Assembly (NCBI RefSeq): GCF_000196355.1
Contig: NC_007614.1
Coordinates: 2,190,001-2,222,000 of the forward strand
Direction of reading: 5' to 3'
DNA length: 32,000 bases
From: Nitrosospira multiformis ATCC 25196
Lineage (GTDB): Bacteria > Pseudomonadota > Gammaproteobacteria > Burkholderiales > Nitrosomonadaceae
Under the pieces are notes generated by a model that did no database searches, was not told the DNA's origin, and saw only the letters and a program-made list of their open reading frames with translations. This document shows positions 10,549-20,899 of the stretch, piece by piece (position 1 is the stretch's first letter; every line of letters begins with the position of its first letter). The position numbers were made by a program, and so were the translations under genes.

Positions 10549-11418
10549 TCAGAGCGCGGGAGGGGAAGCGTGCATCAGCAACGTGCACAAATTGGCGATC
10601 TTGTCGCGCATGCGCCGGCGATCGACGATCATATCTATTGCTCCGTGTTCCAGCAGGAACTCGGAACGCTGAAATCCTTCCGGCAGGGTCTGCCGCACTG
10701 TCTGCTCGATCACTCTCGGTCCCGCAAAACCGATCAGAGCGCCTGGTTCAGCAATCACTACATCACCAATGAAAGCAAAACTTGCAGACACACCGCCCAT
10801 GGTAGGGTCCGTCAGGACCGAAATGAACGGAAGTCCTTCGCGGCTCAGCCGGGTCAGTACAGCGGTGGTTTTGGCCATCTGCATGAGCGACAGCAGGCCT
10901 TCCTGCATGCGCGCCCCGCCACTCGCCGCGAAGCATACAAAGGCCAGACGCCGGTCGACACACGTTTGCACACCCCGTATGAAGCGTTCGCCGACGACTG
11001 ATCCCATCGAACCCCCCATGAAACCGAATTCGAATGCGGCGACAACGACGGGAACTGTCTTGACGCTGCCCTGCATCACCACCAGGGAGTCATCTTCGTT
11101 AGTCTCTCTTTTCGCCTCCGCCAGCCTGTCGGAGTAACGCTTGCTATCCTTGAATTTAAGGGGATCGAGCGGGTGAACTTCCGCCCCGATTTCGCGCCGA
11201 TTCTCTGGATCCAGAAACAGGTCGAGCCGCACGCGCGCGGAGATCCGGTTGTGATGACCGCACTTGGGGCAGACATTGAGATTGTTCCCCAGATCGGAAT
11301 AGTAAAGCACTGCCTCGCAGGAGGCGCATTTGCTCCACAGTCCCTCAGGCACCGCTTTCTTTTCACCGCTTTCCTTGCGCTTGATCTTGGGCGGAAGAAG
11401 TTTCTGAAACCAGCTCAT
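10549..11418 (-). CDS. accD: Acetyl-CoA carboxylase carboxyltransferase beta subunit
   Basis: Zinc ribbon '[39 protein letters not shown]' and carboxyltransferase core '[14 protein letters not shown]', '[20 protein letters not shown]'. Confidence 0.96.
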   Translation of the reverse strand: MSWFQKLLPPKIKRKESGEKKAVPEGLWSKCASCEAVLYYSDLGNNLNVCPKCGHHNRISARVRLDLFLDPENRREIGAEVHPLDPLKFKDSKRYSDRLAEAKRETNEDDSLVVMQGSVKTVPVVVAAFEFGFMGGSMGSVVGERFIRGVQTCVDRRLAFVCFAASGGARMQEGLLSLMQMAKTTAVLTRLSREGLPFISVLTDPTMGGVSASFAFIGDVVIAEPGALIGFAGPRVIEQTVRQTLPEGFQRSEFLLEHGAIDMIVDRRRMRDKIANLCTLLMHASPPAL

Positions 11419-12254
11419 AAGTGTGTAAGTTTAACGGCGGCTGATGGTGCAGGACTTGCTGCGTCTATTGCAATTCGCAGACTTTTTACCAGACGATGGA
11501 CATTTGTTAACACCTCCGCCTTGGGCGACCTTTCAATTTCTTCGATGATGCGGCTTCCCACCACCACTGCATCGGCAAGCTCCGCCACTGCCCGGGCGGT
11601 TGCGCCGTCACGTATGCCAAAGCCCACTCCGATAGGAATGGAAATGCGGGAACGCAGTCCGTCGAGTTTCTCGGCCACGTCATGCAAATCGAGGTGAAGC
11701 GAACCGGTAACGCCTTTCAGCGAAACGTAGTACACGTATCCTTCCGCCAGGGAGGCCACCCGCTCGACGCGCTGCTGCGGCGTAGTGGGAGAAAGCAGGA
11801 AAATGGGAGCGATATTCTGACGTTTCAGGTATTCCACCCATTTCACCGATTCTTCCGGAGGATAATCCACAATCAGCACGCCATCCACTCCGCACGCCTT
11901 TGATCTTGCCGTGAAAGCATCGTAGCCCATCGCTTCGACCGGATTGGCGTAGCCCATCAGCACAACCGGCGTGCTGGAATCACTTTCCCTGAATTCTCCC
12001 ACCATTGCCAATACGTCCTGCAACGAAACGCGATGTTTCAGCGCACGCTCGGAAGAGCGCTGAATCGTTGGTCCATCCGCCATCGGATCAGAAAATGGAA
12101 CACCCAGTTCGATGACATCGGCGCCAGCCTGCACCAGTTCATGCATCAGTGGAACCATCATTCCGGGTTCGGGATCGCCAGCAGTAATAAAAGGAATGAG
12201 CGCCTTTCTCCGATTCTGGAGCAGTTTGCCAAACAGGGTGGAAATACGGGACAT
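11415..12254 (-). CDS. trpA: Tryptophan synthase alpha chain
   Basis: '[14 protein letters not shown]', '[26 protein letters not shown]', '[14 protein letters not shown]', 'GVGFGI'. Start set at MSRISTLF (12254). Its 3' end overlaps the accD start. Confidence 0.95.
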   Translation of the reverse strand: MSRISTLFGKLLQNRRKALIPFITAGDPEPGMMVPLMHELVQAGADVIELGVPFSDPMADGPTIQRSSERALKHRVSLQDVLAMVGEFRESDSSTPVVLMGYANPVEAMGYDAFTARSKACGVDGVLIVDYPPEESVKWVEYLKRQNIAPIFLLSPTTPQQRVERVASLAEGYVYYVSLKGVTGSLHLDLHDVAEKLDGLRSRISIPIGVGFGIRDGATARAVAELADAVVVGSRIIEEIERSPKAEVLTNVHRLVKSLRIAIDAASPAPSAAVKLTHL

Positions 12255-12270
12255 GAATGGACTTTGCAGG

Positions 12271-13467
12271 TTAGAAGGTGATATGCGAAGCGCGCGCCAC
12301 GGTGGGCATATCCTTGTCCCCACGCCCCGAGAGGTTCACCAGCAGCAACTTGTCGGAAGTGAGGGCAGGCGCGAGCCGGGCTGCATAAGCCAGCGCATGA
12401 CTGGATTCGAGCGCGGGAATGATCCCTTCGTAATGGCACAGTGCGTGGAAGGCTTCCAGAGCCTGCTCGTCGGTTATTCCGAAATATTCGGCCCGTCCGC
12501 TGTCCTTGAGCCAGGCATGCTCCGGCCCTACGCCGGGATAATCCAGGCCTGCCGAAATGGAATGTGTTTCGACGATCTGCCCATTCTCATCCTGGATGAG
12601 GTAAGTGCGATTGCCGTGCAACACGCCAGGGCGTCCCTTCGTCAGGGTAGCGGCATGCTGATCCGTCTCCACGCCGTGTCCGGCCGCTTCCACTCCGATC
12701 ATCCGGATGCTGCTGTCGAGGTAGGGATAAAAAAGCCCGATGGCATTTGACCCCCCCCCCACGCAGGCGATCAGGGCATCGGGCTGCCGTCCGTAATCCT
12801 CCTGCATCTGGGTTATGGCCTCGCGCCCGATGATCGCCTGGAAATCCCGTACCATCATGGGATAGGGATGAGGTCCGGCCACAGTACCGATGATGTAAAA
12901 GGTATCCGCAACATTGGTCACCCAGTCGCGCATGGCCTCGTTCAAAGCATCCTTCAGCGTGCGTGAGCCGGATTCGACCGGTATGACCTCCGCACCCAGA
13001 AGCTTCATCCGGTAAACATTGGCAGCCTGGCGCTCCACATCGACCGATCCCATGTAGATGACACACTCCATCCCATACCGCGCTGCGACCGTGGCCGTGG
13101 CAACACCATGCTGGCCTGCGCCGGTCTCGGCTATTACCCGCGATTTGCCCATGCGCCTTGCCAGCAGCGCCTGTCCCATCGCATTATTGATTTTGTGGGC
13201 GCCCGTATGGTTCAGGTCCTCGCGCTTGAGCAGGATCTGGGCGCCCCCCAGCTGCGCAGACCATCGTTTTGCATGATAGATGGGAGTCGGGCGTCCCACA
13301 TAATGCTTGAGTTCATGGGCGAATTCTGCCTGAAAGTCGGCGTCGCTGCGATAGCGCTCGTACTGTATGCGTAAATCCTCCAGTGCCGAGATCAGCGTTT
13401 CAGCGACAAAGATGCCGCCATACGGACCAAAGTGCCCATGACTGTCCGGAAGATCATAGACTTTCAC
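12271..13467 (-). CDS. trpB: Tryptophan synthase beta chain
   Basis: '[22 protein letters not shown]', PLP lysine '[21 protein letters not shown]', '[13 protein letters not shown]'. GTG start at 13467 gives '[14 protein letters not shown]'. Confidence 0.95.
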   Translation of the reverse strand: MKVYDLPDSHGHFGPYGGIFVAETLISALEDLRIQYERYRSDADFQAEFAHELKHYVGRPTPIYHAKRWSAQLGGAQILLKREDLNHTGAHKINNAMGQALLARRMGKSRVIAETGAGQHGVATATVAARYGMECVIYMGSVDVERQAANVYRMKLLGAEVIPVESGSRTLKDALNEAMRDWVTNVADTFYIIGTVAGPHPYPMMVRDFQAIIGREAITQMQEDYGRQPDALIACVGGGSNAIGLFYPYLDSSIRMIGVEAAGHGVETDQHAATLTKGRPGVLHGNRTYLIQDENGQIVETHSISAGLDYPGVGPEHAWLKDSGRAEYFGITDEQALEAFHALCHYEGIIPALESSHALAYAARLAPALTSDKLLLVNLSGRGDKDMPTVARASHITF

Positions 13468-14080
13468 TGATTCCAACTCCTCGCATGAATGCTGCAATTT
13501 TCCCCGAATCTTTAATGCCCTTCGCGGCTTCCACGCCACTGGACACATCCACCGCCCAAGGATGGGCCTGCTGGATTGCGCTCGTAACGTTGCCTGCGTG
13601 TAGTCCCCCCGAAAGAATCAGCGGCAGCGGCAAATTGCGCGGAATCAGGTTCCAGTCAAACGCCTCTCCGGTTCCCCCCGGTTCCCCTTCCACATACGTA
13701 TCCAGCAGCAAACCGGTGGCTCCCGTATAAAGGGATGCGTATTGTAGCAAATCCAGCCCCGGCCTGACTCTTACCGCCTTTATATAGGGAAGCGAAAATT
13801 GCTGGCAGAACTCGGGGCTTTCGCTACCGTGAAATTGCAACAGGTTCAGGCCGGCAACCGAAATGCTTTCGTCTACCCACCCCGCCTCAGGGTCGACATA
13901 GACACCCACTGAAGTAACGAATGGCGGCAGCGTGGACACGATTCCGCGCGCTTCAGCCGGTGAAATATAGCGCGCGCTCTGCTCCCAGAAGACAAAGCCC
14001 ACGGCATTCGCTCCGAGATGCACTGCCGCAAGCGCATCTTCCACTCGGGTTATACCGCAAACTTTTACTCGAATCGACAT
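13454..14080 (-). CDS. trpF: Phosphoribosylanthranilate isomerase
   Basis: '[41 protein letters not shown]', '[14 protein letters not shown]', '[13 protein letters not shown]', '[15 protein letters not shown]'. ATG at 14080; overlaps the trpB start by 14 nt. Confidence 0.95.
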   Translation of the reverse strand: MSIRVKVCGITRVEDALAAVHLGANAVGFVFWEQSARYISPAEARGIVSTLPPFVTSVGVYVDPEAGWVDESISVAGLNLLQFHGSESPEFCQQFSLPYIKAVRVRPGLDLLQYASLYTGATGLLLDTYVEGEPGGTGEAFDWNLIPRNLPLPLILSGGLHAGNVTSAIQQAHPWAVDVSSGVEAAKGIKDSGKIAAFMRGVGISESL

Positions 14081-14952
14081 ATATCCCTGACTTCCGGTGT
14101 TGCGCCCGCAACTGGGTTTCCGCCACTTGTCGCCCATGATGTGAGGATAGCCGGCCTGTTTGTGCCCGGCACTATTGCGGTCAGAGGGGGCTCGACAAAG
14201 GGTGGCAGCTTCCACCTCGCATCATAGGCAACCCCTGCCAAGTATAACCCGGAAGCGGAAAAAGTCGGTGCAGCTTCGCTGCGCTTCCCGTTTTCAAGCA
14301 GTTTCCCTATCCAGTCAGGACGAAATTTACCTTTACCTACATAGACCAGACAACCGACGATATTCCGTACCATGTGGTGCAAAAATGCATTAGCGCGCAG
14401 CTCAAACGCAACCATGTTTCCCACTCGCGTAACTTCCAGTTTTGTCAGGGTGCGTACAGGGGATTTGGCCTGGCATGCAGCAGCCCGAAAGGCGCTGAAA
14501 TCGTGTTCGCCCACCAGCATTTGTGCCCCCATCTGCATGGATTCGAGACGGAGCGGATGGTGATACCAGCCGACTCGGTGCTGATGAAGGCCCGGCCGCA
14601 CTGGGTGGTTCAGTAACAGGTAGAGGTAACAACGCTCAAGCGCACAGTAGCGGGCATGAAAATCGTCTGCAGTAGGGGATGCCCATAGCAGGGCAATGCC
14701 GCTGGGCAGCAGGGCGTTTGCACCCCGCACCCATGCATTCATAGGTCGCTCCGCCCGAGTATCGAAATGCAGCACCTGGTAGATCGCATGAACCCCTGCG
14801 TCGGTTCTCCCTGCCGTCACTACTCGGATAGCCTCGCCTGCAATTTCAGACAAGGCCGCTTCCACGGCATCCTGCACGGTATTTCCCCCTGGCTGGCTTT
14901 GCCAGCCGCAGAAATTGCTGCCGTCATACTCCAGCACCATTGCGATTCTCAC
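14065..14952 (-). CDS. truA: tRNA pseudouridine(38-40) synthase TruA
   Basis: 'LEYDGSNFCGWQSQPGGNTVQDAVEAAL', catalytic 'AGRTDAGVHAIYQVLHFDT', 'AFRAAACQAKSPVRTL', 'FLHHMVRNIVGCLVYVGKGK'. GTG at 14952 is the likely start (ATG at 14940 possible). Confidence 0.94.
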   Translation of the reverse strand: MRIAMVLEYDGSNFCGWQSQPGGNTVQDAVEAALSEIAGEAIRVVTAGRTDAGVHAIYQVLHFDTRAERPMNAWVRGANALLPSGIALLWASPTADDFHARYCALERCYLYLLLNHPVRPGLHQHRVGWYHHPLRLESMQMGAQMLVGEHDFSAFRAAACQAKSPVRTLTKLEVTRVGNMVAFELRANAFLHHMVRNIVGCLVYVGKGKFRPDWIGKLLENGKRSEAAPTFSASGLYLAGVAYDARWKLPPFVEPPLTAIVPGTNRPAILTSWATSGGNPVAGATPEVRDICRFE

Positions 14953-15145
14953 GGTAAAGCTACCATCGTGATTCTGGTGATACTTGTACCGGCACGTCCA
15001 GGGAATTTTTAAACACTTTTCGGGAAACGGAAGTAATGACGTATAAGCAGACGCTCTCCAGCGTGACATTGGGCGCTGATTGGGTAGTCCGTCATTGCCC
15101 ACCGCTTTCGCACAAGCCATCCTGTACGACTCTTATGCTTTCCCG

Positions 15146-16039
15146 CTACAGAACGAGTGCCCACGGCAGCGGTTCCTCTTCTTTTTCCCGTTCATCTGTT
15201 CCAGAAGACTGTTTTTTGTGCCACTCGGCTGTATGCATCCTCACTTCCTGATCGGCTTCTCCTGCTGTTATCGTACTGATTTCGCTGCTGTCGGGTATTC
15301 TCAGGACGAATCCCATCTTGAGCTGATGCATGTTGTCGCCAAAGAACGCCTCGCGGTTTGCGCGAAACAGGGCCACCAACACCTGATTGAAGCTTGCTTC
15401 AGGAGGAAGCGCAATATTTTTTGCGATTCCTGATAAGGTATCGCCCGGTTTTACGGGACCGTAGATCCGATAGGACGAGTTTGACGCGGAGAGTCCTGAA
15501 GGGAGTCCGGTTTGTCTTGATGAGAAGCCATCGTGGGCTATAGCCGGATCTGTTTTACCCTCTGCAGAGTCAATACGCGGATAGCAATGCGGTGTCGGCT
15601 GAGCTGACTCATTTTCCCGGGAGGATGCACTCGTTTCGGCAAGGGGGAGCAAGGCTGTATATTCACGCAACAAACGTCCCGACGCCCAGTTCAGCTCAAT
15701 CAGGATATTCAGGAACGGTTCGTCAACGGGTTGCCGAGAAACAATCCTGATATAAGGCTGACCATCTGGATGGGTTTCAATAGTGGTTTTAAACGTGGAT
15801 AAAAGCGGAGAATAATCGACATTTACCTTGCGGAAGACATCATGTGATGCAAGGTGGGCATTCAGGAAAAATTTCTCTTCTGTTGTTACCCCCACAAGAT
15901 CGATTTCTGCTCTGAACGGCTGTCCTTGCACGGAATTGACAGTCAGCCTTCCCAGGCCTGCTGCGTGACTGGCTTCCACCGACATCACGGCGGCCAGAAA
16001 TGAAAAAAACAGACTGCACTTAAACCTCGACTTCTGCAC
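15146..16039 (-). CDS. FimV/HubP-like N-terminal domain protein with LysM, unusually short
   Basis: Signal peptide then 'AAGLGRLTVNSVQGQPFRAEIDLVGVTTEE' (FimV N-terminal domain), LysM-like 'YGPVKPGDTLSGIAKNIALPPEASFNQVLVALFRANREAFFGDNMHQLKMGFVLRIP'. Sits between asd and truA, a common fimV position. Confidence 0.85.
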   Translation of the reverse strand: MQKSRFKCSLFFSFLAAVMSVEASHAAGLGRLTVNSVQGQPFRAEIDLVGVTTEEKFFLNAHLASHDVFRKVNVDYSPLLSTFKTTIETHPDGQPYIRIVSRQPVDEPFLNILIELNWASGRLLREYTALLPLAETSASSRENESAQPTPHCYPRIDSAEGKTDPAIAHDGFSSRQTGLPSGLSASNSSYRIYGPVKPGDTLSGIAKNIALPPEASFNQVLVALFRANREAFFGDNMHQLKMGFVLRIPDSSEISTITAGEADQEVRMHTAEWHKKQSSGTDEREKEEEPLPWALVL

Positions 16040-16305
16040 GGCAGTATACTCTCAGGGAGGAATAATGCCCTATCCCTTGACGAAGATCGGAAACGTGGTC
16101 AGACATCGGCTGCGTGCATGCAAGACGCGCATCCGGCGGGTTTCGTTTACGAAGAAAGCGGGTTGCCATCGAACGATAGGCAATCTTCAATCGGACGACT
16201 GCGGGAAAATGACTCTCGAAAAGGCGCAGGGGAAGCTCCGGAAGATGGAAATCAGGCGGCACGATGTCTTGATTCACCGCGCGCCTTTGCCGCTTCTAGC
16301 GATTC

Positions 16306-17418
16306 TCAGGCCGCCACCAGAATTCTGAGCATTCTGCGCAGCGGCTCTGCGGCCCCCCAAAGCAACTGGTCTCCCACAGTGAATGCAGAAAGATACTCGC
16401 CGCCCATGGCAAGCTTGCGCAACCGGCCAACCGGTATTGTCAGCTTGCCGGTAACCGCAGCGGGAGTCAACTCTTTCAAGGTATGCTCCCGCTCATTGGG
16501 AACGACCCTTACCCAACTGTTCGAAGCGGCAAGCACGTCTTCCACCTCATCCAGCGGAACATCCTTCTTCAGCTTCACGGTCAGCGCCTGGCTGTGGCAA
16601 CGCATGGCCCCTACACGCACACAGATACCGTCCACGGGAACCGTTCGTTCACCACGCCCCAGTATTTTGTTTGTCTCGGATTGCCCCTTCCACTCTTCCC
16701 GTGTCTGCCCGTTGCCCAAATCCCTGTCTATCCAGGGGATGAGACTGCCTGCAAGCGGCACACCGAAATTCTCGGTTGGAAAATTTTCATCACGAAGTGT
16801 TCCCGCCACTTCACGGTCGATGTCGAGTATTCCGGCCGCAGGGTCATCCAGCAGATTTTTCGCCACGCGATGGGCTTCGCCCATTTGCAGAAGCAATTCC
16901 CGCATGTTCTGCGCCCCGGCGCCGGAAGCTGCCTGATAAGTCATGGCGCTCATCCATTCCACCAGTTCTTCTTTGAAGAGCCCGTTCATGGCCATCAGCA
17001 TCAGGCTGACGGTGCAATTGCCTCCGATATAATTCTTTATCCCATCGTGCAGAGCCTGTTCGATAACGGGCATGTTGACCGGGTCCAGTATGATGACAGC
17101 ATCATCTTTCATCCGCAGCGTGGAGGCTGCATCGATCCAGTAACCCTGCCAGCCTGCTTCCCGCAGCCGGGGAAAAATCGCGCCGGTATAATCCCCTCCC
17201 TGACAGGAAATCAGAATGTCCATGGACTTGAGCTCGCCTATATCATTCGCGTCCTTCAGCGGCGGAGCCTCCTGGCCGATGTCCGGTGCTTTGCCGCCCT
17301 TCTGCGAAGTGGAAAAGAAAGTTGGCTCGACCAATGCAAAATCATTTTCTTCCCGCATACGTTGCATGAGAACCGACCCTACCATGCCACGCCAACCGAT
17401 AAAACCCACTCGTTTCAT
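16306..17418 (-). CDS. asd: Aspartate-semialdehyde dehydrogenase
   Basis: '[27 protein letters not shown]', '[17 protein letters not shown]' (active-site Cys), '[16 protein letters not shown]'. Confidence 0.96.
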   Translation of the reverse strand: MKRVGFIGWRGMVGSVLMQRMREENDFALVEPTFFSTSQKGGKAPDIGQEAPPLKDANDIGELKSMDILISCQGGDYTGAIFPRLREAGWQGYWIDAASTLRMKDDAVIILDPVNMPVIEQALHDGIKNYIGGNCTVSLMLMAMNGLFKEELVEWMSAMTYQAASGAGAQNMRELLLQMGEAHRVAKNLLDDPAAGILDIDREVAGTLRDENFPTENFGVPLAGSLIPWIDRDLGNGQTREEWKGQSETNKILGRGERTVPVDGICVRVGAMRCHSQALTVKLKKDVPLDEVEDVLAASNSWVRVVPNEREHTLKELTPAAVTGKLTIPVGRLRKLAMGGEYLSAFTVGDQLLWGAAEPLRRMLRILVAA

Positions 17419-17478
17419 TGATATCTCTCTTTTGGAAGAAATCGTGGTTGATCAACCACAGGATATGAAGTGTCGTTG

Positions 17479-18540
17479 CTACAAACTTGCCAGAACCGCA
17501 TCACCCATTGCTGCGGTTCCGATTTTCATCTTTCCTGGCTCGTAAATATCCGCCGTCCGGTATCCATCAGCCAGCACCTTTTTCACTGCCCGTTCGATTC
17601 GGGATGCCTCCTCCTCCCGATCGAAGGTATAGCGCAGCATCATCGCAACTGAAAGGACGGTGGCCAGAGGATTCGCCACGTCCTTGCCGGCGATATCGGG
17701 AGCAGAACCGTGTATGGGTTCATAAAGCCCCTTGTTCCGCTCATCGAGCGATGCCGAAGGCAGCATGCCGATCGAACCGGTCAACATGGATGCTTCATCC
17801 GACAGGATGTCCCCGAACATATTGCCTGTCACAACCACATCGAACTGCCGGGGATTGCGTACAAGCTGCATGGCCGCATTGTCCACCAGCATGTGCGAAA
17901 GCTCCACGTCCGGATATTCACCTGCCGTTTCGGTCACCACGTCGCGCCACAGCTGGGTTGATTCCAGTACGTTCATCTTGTCGACAGAGCACAGCCTGCG
18001 ACTGCGCTTGCGCGCTGCCTGGAAAGCCACCCGCGCTATTCTCCGGATCTCGGCTTCGCTGTAAATCATGGTATTGTAGCCGATGCGCTGACCATTCCGT
18101 AATTCAATCCCGCGTGGCTCACCAAAGTAAATATCCCCGGTCAACTCGCGCACGATCAGGATATCGAGTCCGGACACCACCTCGGGCTTCAGCGTGGAGG
18201 CATCGGCAAGTTCAGGATAAAGTACCGCAGGCCGGAGATTGGCAAACAGGTTCAAGGCCTTCCGTATGCCAAGAAGGCCTTGCTCCGGCCTGAGCTGCCG
18301 GGGCAGCCCGTCATATCGCGGGCCGCCCACTGCCCCCAGGATCACGGCGTCCGCCTGAGCCACCAATGTGCGCGTTGCCGCGGGAAAAGGCTCGCCCGCT
18401 GCATCTACAGCACATCCGCCCAGCAATCCCTGTTCCAGTTCCAGCTTCAATCCATCGCTTCTCAGCGTTTCCAGCACGCGCACCGCTTGCGCGACAATTT
18501 CCGGGCCGATACCATCTCCGGCCAGAATTGCTATTTTCAT
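17479..18540 (-). CDS. leuB: 3-isopropylmalate dehydrogenase
   Basis: '[21 protein letters not shown]', '[12 protein letters not shown]', '[33 protein letters not shown]', '[19 protein letters not shown]'. Confidence 0.97.
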
Positions 18541-18566
18541 AAGGTCCTTTTAAAGGGGAAAGTCTG

Positions 18567-19205
18567 TCAGGCGAACAGCCACGGCTGTTCTGCGCGGCGT
18601 TTTTCTTCGAACGCGCGGATTTTGTCCGCGTGCTGCAACGTGAGGCCGATTTCGTCCAGACCATTCAGCAGACTATGCTTGCGGAAAGGATCGATATCGA
18701 AGGAGAAAGATTCTCCGGCAGGAGTGGTCACCGATTGCTGCTCCAGATTGACGAGCAATCGGTACCCTTCGATGGCCTCGACCTCGCGGAACAACTGATC
18801 CACCTGTGAGGTGTCGAGCACGATGGGAAGCAAACCTATTTTGAAGCAGTTGTTGAAAAAAATATCGGCAAAACTGGGGGCAATGATTACCTCAAAGCCG
18901 TAATCCTGCAATGCCCAGGGAGCATGTTCCCGGCTGGATCCGCAACCGAAATTGGCGCGGGCGAGGAGTAGCCGGGCATCGCGGTAACGCGGCAGGTTAA
19001 GCACAAATTCAGGGTTGAGTTTACGAGTGGCAGGGTCGATGCCTGGCTCGCCATGATCCAGGTATCGCCATTCATCGAAGAGGTTTTGCCCGAAGCCGGA
19101 CCTCTTGATGGATTTCAGAAACTGTTTGGGAATGATGGCGTCGGTGTCGACGTTCGCCCGATCCAGTGGGACCACCACTCCCTCGCATGAATGAAACTTT
19201 TTCAC
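18567..19205 (-). CDS. leuD: 3-isopropylmalate dehydratase small subunit
   Basis: '[28 protein letters not shown]', '[15 protein letters not shown]', '[13 protein letters not shown]'. Confidence 0.97.
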   Translation of the reverse strand: MKKFHSCEGVVVPLDRANVDTDAIIPKQFLKSIKRSGFGQNLFDEWRYLDHGEPGIDPATRKLNPEFVLNLPRYRDARLLLARANFGCGSSREHAPWALQDYGFEVIIAPSFADIFFNNCFKIGLLPIVLDTSQVDQLFREVEAIEGYRLLVNLEQQSVTTPAGESFSFDIDPFRKHSLLNGLDEIGLTLQHADKIRAFEEKRRAEQPWLFA

Positions 19206-19225
19206 TGCTGATTACCGTTTTGCAA

Positions 19226-19351
19226 TTATTTTGCAGATTTTTCCAGTGCTTCTCCGCCGCTTTGAACGTCTTTGCCTACTCCCTGAATGGTGTGGCAGGC
19301 AGACAGGCCAAAGGCAGCGATCAAGGCAAGCATCATCGTCAGCGTTCGCAT
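19226..19351 (-). CDS. Entericidin A/B-like small lipoprotein (41 aa), absent from the supplied ORF track
   Basis: Manual translation of the minus strand from ATG at 19351: MRTLTMMLALIAAFGLSACHTIQGVGKDVQSGGEALEKSAK*. It has a signal peptide, a lipobox ending in Cys (LSAC), and the entericidin-like 'NTIxGxGKDVxxxGxxIxxxA' pattern. Confidence 0.85.
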   Translation of the reverse strand: MRTLTMMLALIAAFGLSACHTIQGVGKDVQSGGEALEKSAK

Positions 19352-19400
19352 CACAACTCCCTGTAGTAGTATAAAAAACCGTTATTGTTGTACTGGAATT

Positions 19401-20810
19401 CTAATATATTTCCCTTACATCCACAAAATGTCCCGCGACTGCGGCAGCGGCGGCCATCGCAGGGCTCACCAGGTGAGTACGCCCCGCGGGACCCTGCCTG
19501 CCCTCAAAGTTGCGATTGGAAGTGGAAGCGCACCGTTCGCCGGGCTCCAGCCTGTCGTCATTCATCGCCAGGCACATCGAGCAACCCGGTTCGCGCCATT
19601 CAAAGCCCGCATCGCGGAATATCCTGTCCAGCCCCTCCTGCTCTGCCTGATGCTTGACCAGGCCCGATCCTGGTACGACCATTGCAAGCTTGATGCTCTT
19701 CGCAATGCGACGGCCCCTCACCACCTCGGCGGCGGCGCGCAAATCCTCTATGCGCGCATTCGTGCAGGAACCGATGAATATTTTATCGGGGCGAATTTCA
19801 CTGATCGGGGTGTTGGGAGCCAGCGCCATGTATTTGAGCGCCCGCTCCATGTCGTGACGCTTCACCGCATCCGCGATTTCTGTCGGATCAGGCACCTTTC
19901 CATCCACTGTCGCAACCATTTCGGGGGAAGTTCCCCAGGTTACCTGCGGCTTGATCGAGGCGGCGTCCAGTTGAACCCCCTTGTCAAAGCTCGCACCCTC
20001 GTCACTCTTCAGGGTACGCCAGTAGGCCACCGCTTTTTCCCAGAGATCGCCTTTAGGCGCAAAGGGACGGCCCCGGAGATATTCAATGGTGACATCATCC
20101 ACTGCCACCATTCCCGCACGCGCACCCGCCTCGATCGCCATATTGCAGAGCGTCATGCGCCCTTCCATCGACAGCCCACGAATCGCGCTGCCGGCAAACT
20201 CGATCGCATAGCCTGTACCTCCGGCAGTACCGATCCTGCCGACCACGGCAAGCGCCACATCCTTGGCGGTAATGCCATTGCCCAGGTTGCCATCTACCAC
20301 GATCTGCATCGTTCTGGATTTCTTCGCCAGCAAGCACTGCGTCGCCAGCACATGCTCCACCTCGGAAGTACCTATGCCAAAGGCAAGGCAGCCAAAAGCG
20401 CCATGCGTGCTTGTATGCGAGTCGCCGCAAACCACTGTCATTCCTGGCAGGGTGGCACCCTGTTCCGGTCCGATGACATGCACGATGCCTTGGCGCTGAT
20501 CGTTCATTCTGAATTCGGTGATGCCCAATTCCTCACAATTCTGATCGAGCGTTTCCACTTGCAGGCGAGATACCGGATCACTGATGCCATGATCTCGCCC
20601 GGTGGTCGGCACGTTGTGGTCTGCTACCGCCAGAATGGAATTGAGGCGCCACGGCTTGCGTCCGGCCAGCTTCAACCCTTCGAACGCTTGGGGGCTGGTC
20701 ACCTCGTGCACGAGGTGACGATCGATATATAGCAGCGCCATGCCTTCCGCATCATCGGATTCTTCATGCACCACATGGCTTTGCCAGAGTTTGTCGTATA
20801 ACGTTTGCAT
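19401..20810 (-). CDS. leuC: 3-isopropylmalate dehydratase large subunit
   Basis: '[12 protein letters not shown]', '[32 protein letters not shown]', '[18 protein letters not shown]', '[10 protein letters not shown]'. Start set at MQTLYDKL (20810). Confidence 0.96.
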   Translation of the reverse strand: MQTLYDKLWQSHVVHEESDDAEGMALLYIDRHLVHEVTSPQAFEGLKLAGRKPWRLNSILAVADHNVPTTGRDHGISDPVSRLQVETLDQNCEELGITEFRMNDQRQGIVHVIGPEQGATLPGMTVVCGDSHTSTHGAFGCLAFGIGTSEVEHVLATQCLLAKKSRTMQIVVDGNLGNGITAKDVALAVVGRIGTAGGTGYAIEFAGSAIRGLSMEGRMTLCNMAIEAGARAGMVAVDDVTIEYLRGRPFAPKGDLWEKAVAYWRTLKSDEGASFDKGVQLDAASIKPQVTWGTSPEMVATVDGKVPDPTEIADAVKRHDMERALKYMALAPNTPISEIRPDKIFIGSCTNARIEDLRAAAEVVRGRRIAKSIKLAMVVPGSGLVKHQAEQEGLDRIFRDAGFEWREPGCSMCLAMNDDRLEPGERCASTSNRNFEGRQGPAGRTHLVSPAMAAAAAVAGHFVDVREIY

Positions 20811-20849
20811 TTTTGTGGAAAATGGGAATAACGGCTTCAAATCTCAATG

Positions 20850-20870
20850 TTTCATTATCCCATAATGAAA
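20850..20870. promoter_or_regulatory. Perfect 9-bp inverted repeat upstream of leuC, possible operator
   Basis: tttcattat ccc ataatgaaa, 40 nt upstream of the proposed leuC ATG and between leuC and the MFS gene. Confidence 0.4.
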
Positions 20871-20899
20871 TATCAAGGAACAGCAAGAGTACGCAATTG

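Noticed and set aside
12112-12750. 212-aa plus-strand ORF across the trpA/trpB junction
   Set aside because: Antisense to two confidently assigned genes.
16483-17421. 312-aa plus-strand ORF antisense to asd
   Set aside because: Overlaps asd completely, no recognisable domains, shadow-ORF composition.
17487-18293. 268-aa plus-strand ORF antisense to leuB
   Set aside because: Overlaps leuB; no protein family signal.
19287-20732. 481-aa plus-strand ORF antisense to leuC
   Set aside because: Fully overlaps the well-supported leuC gene; composition (His/Arg-rich) is typical of a shadow ORF in GC-rich coding DNA.
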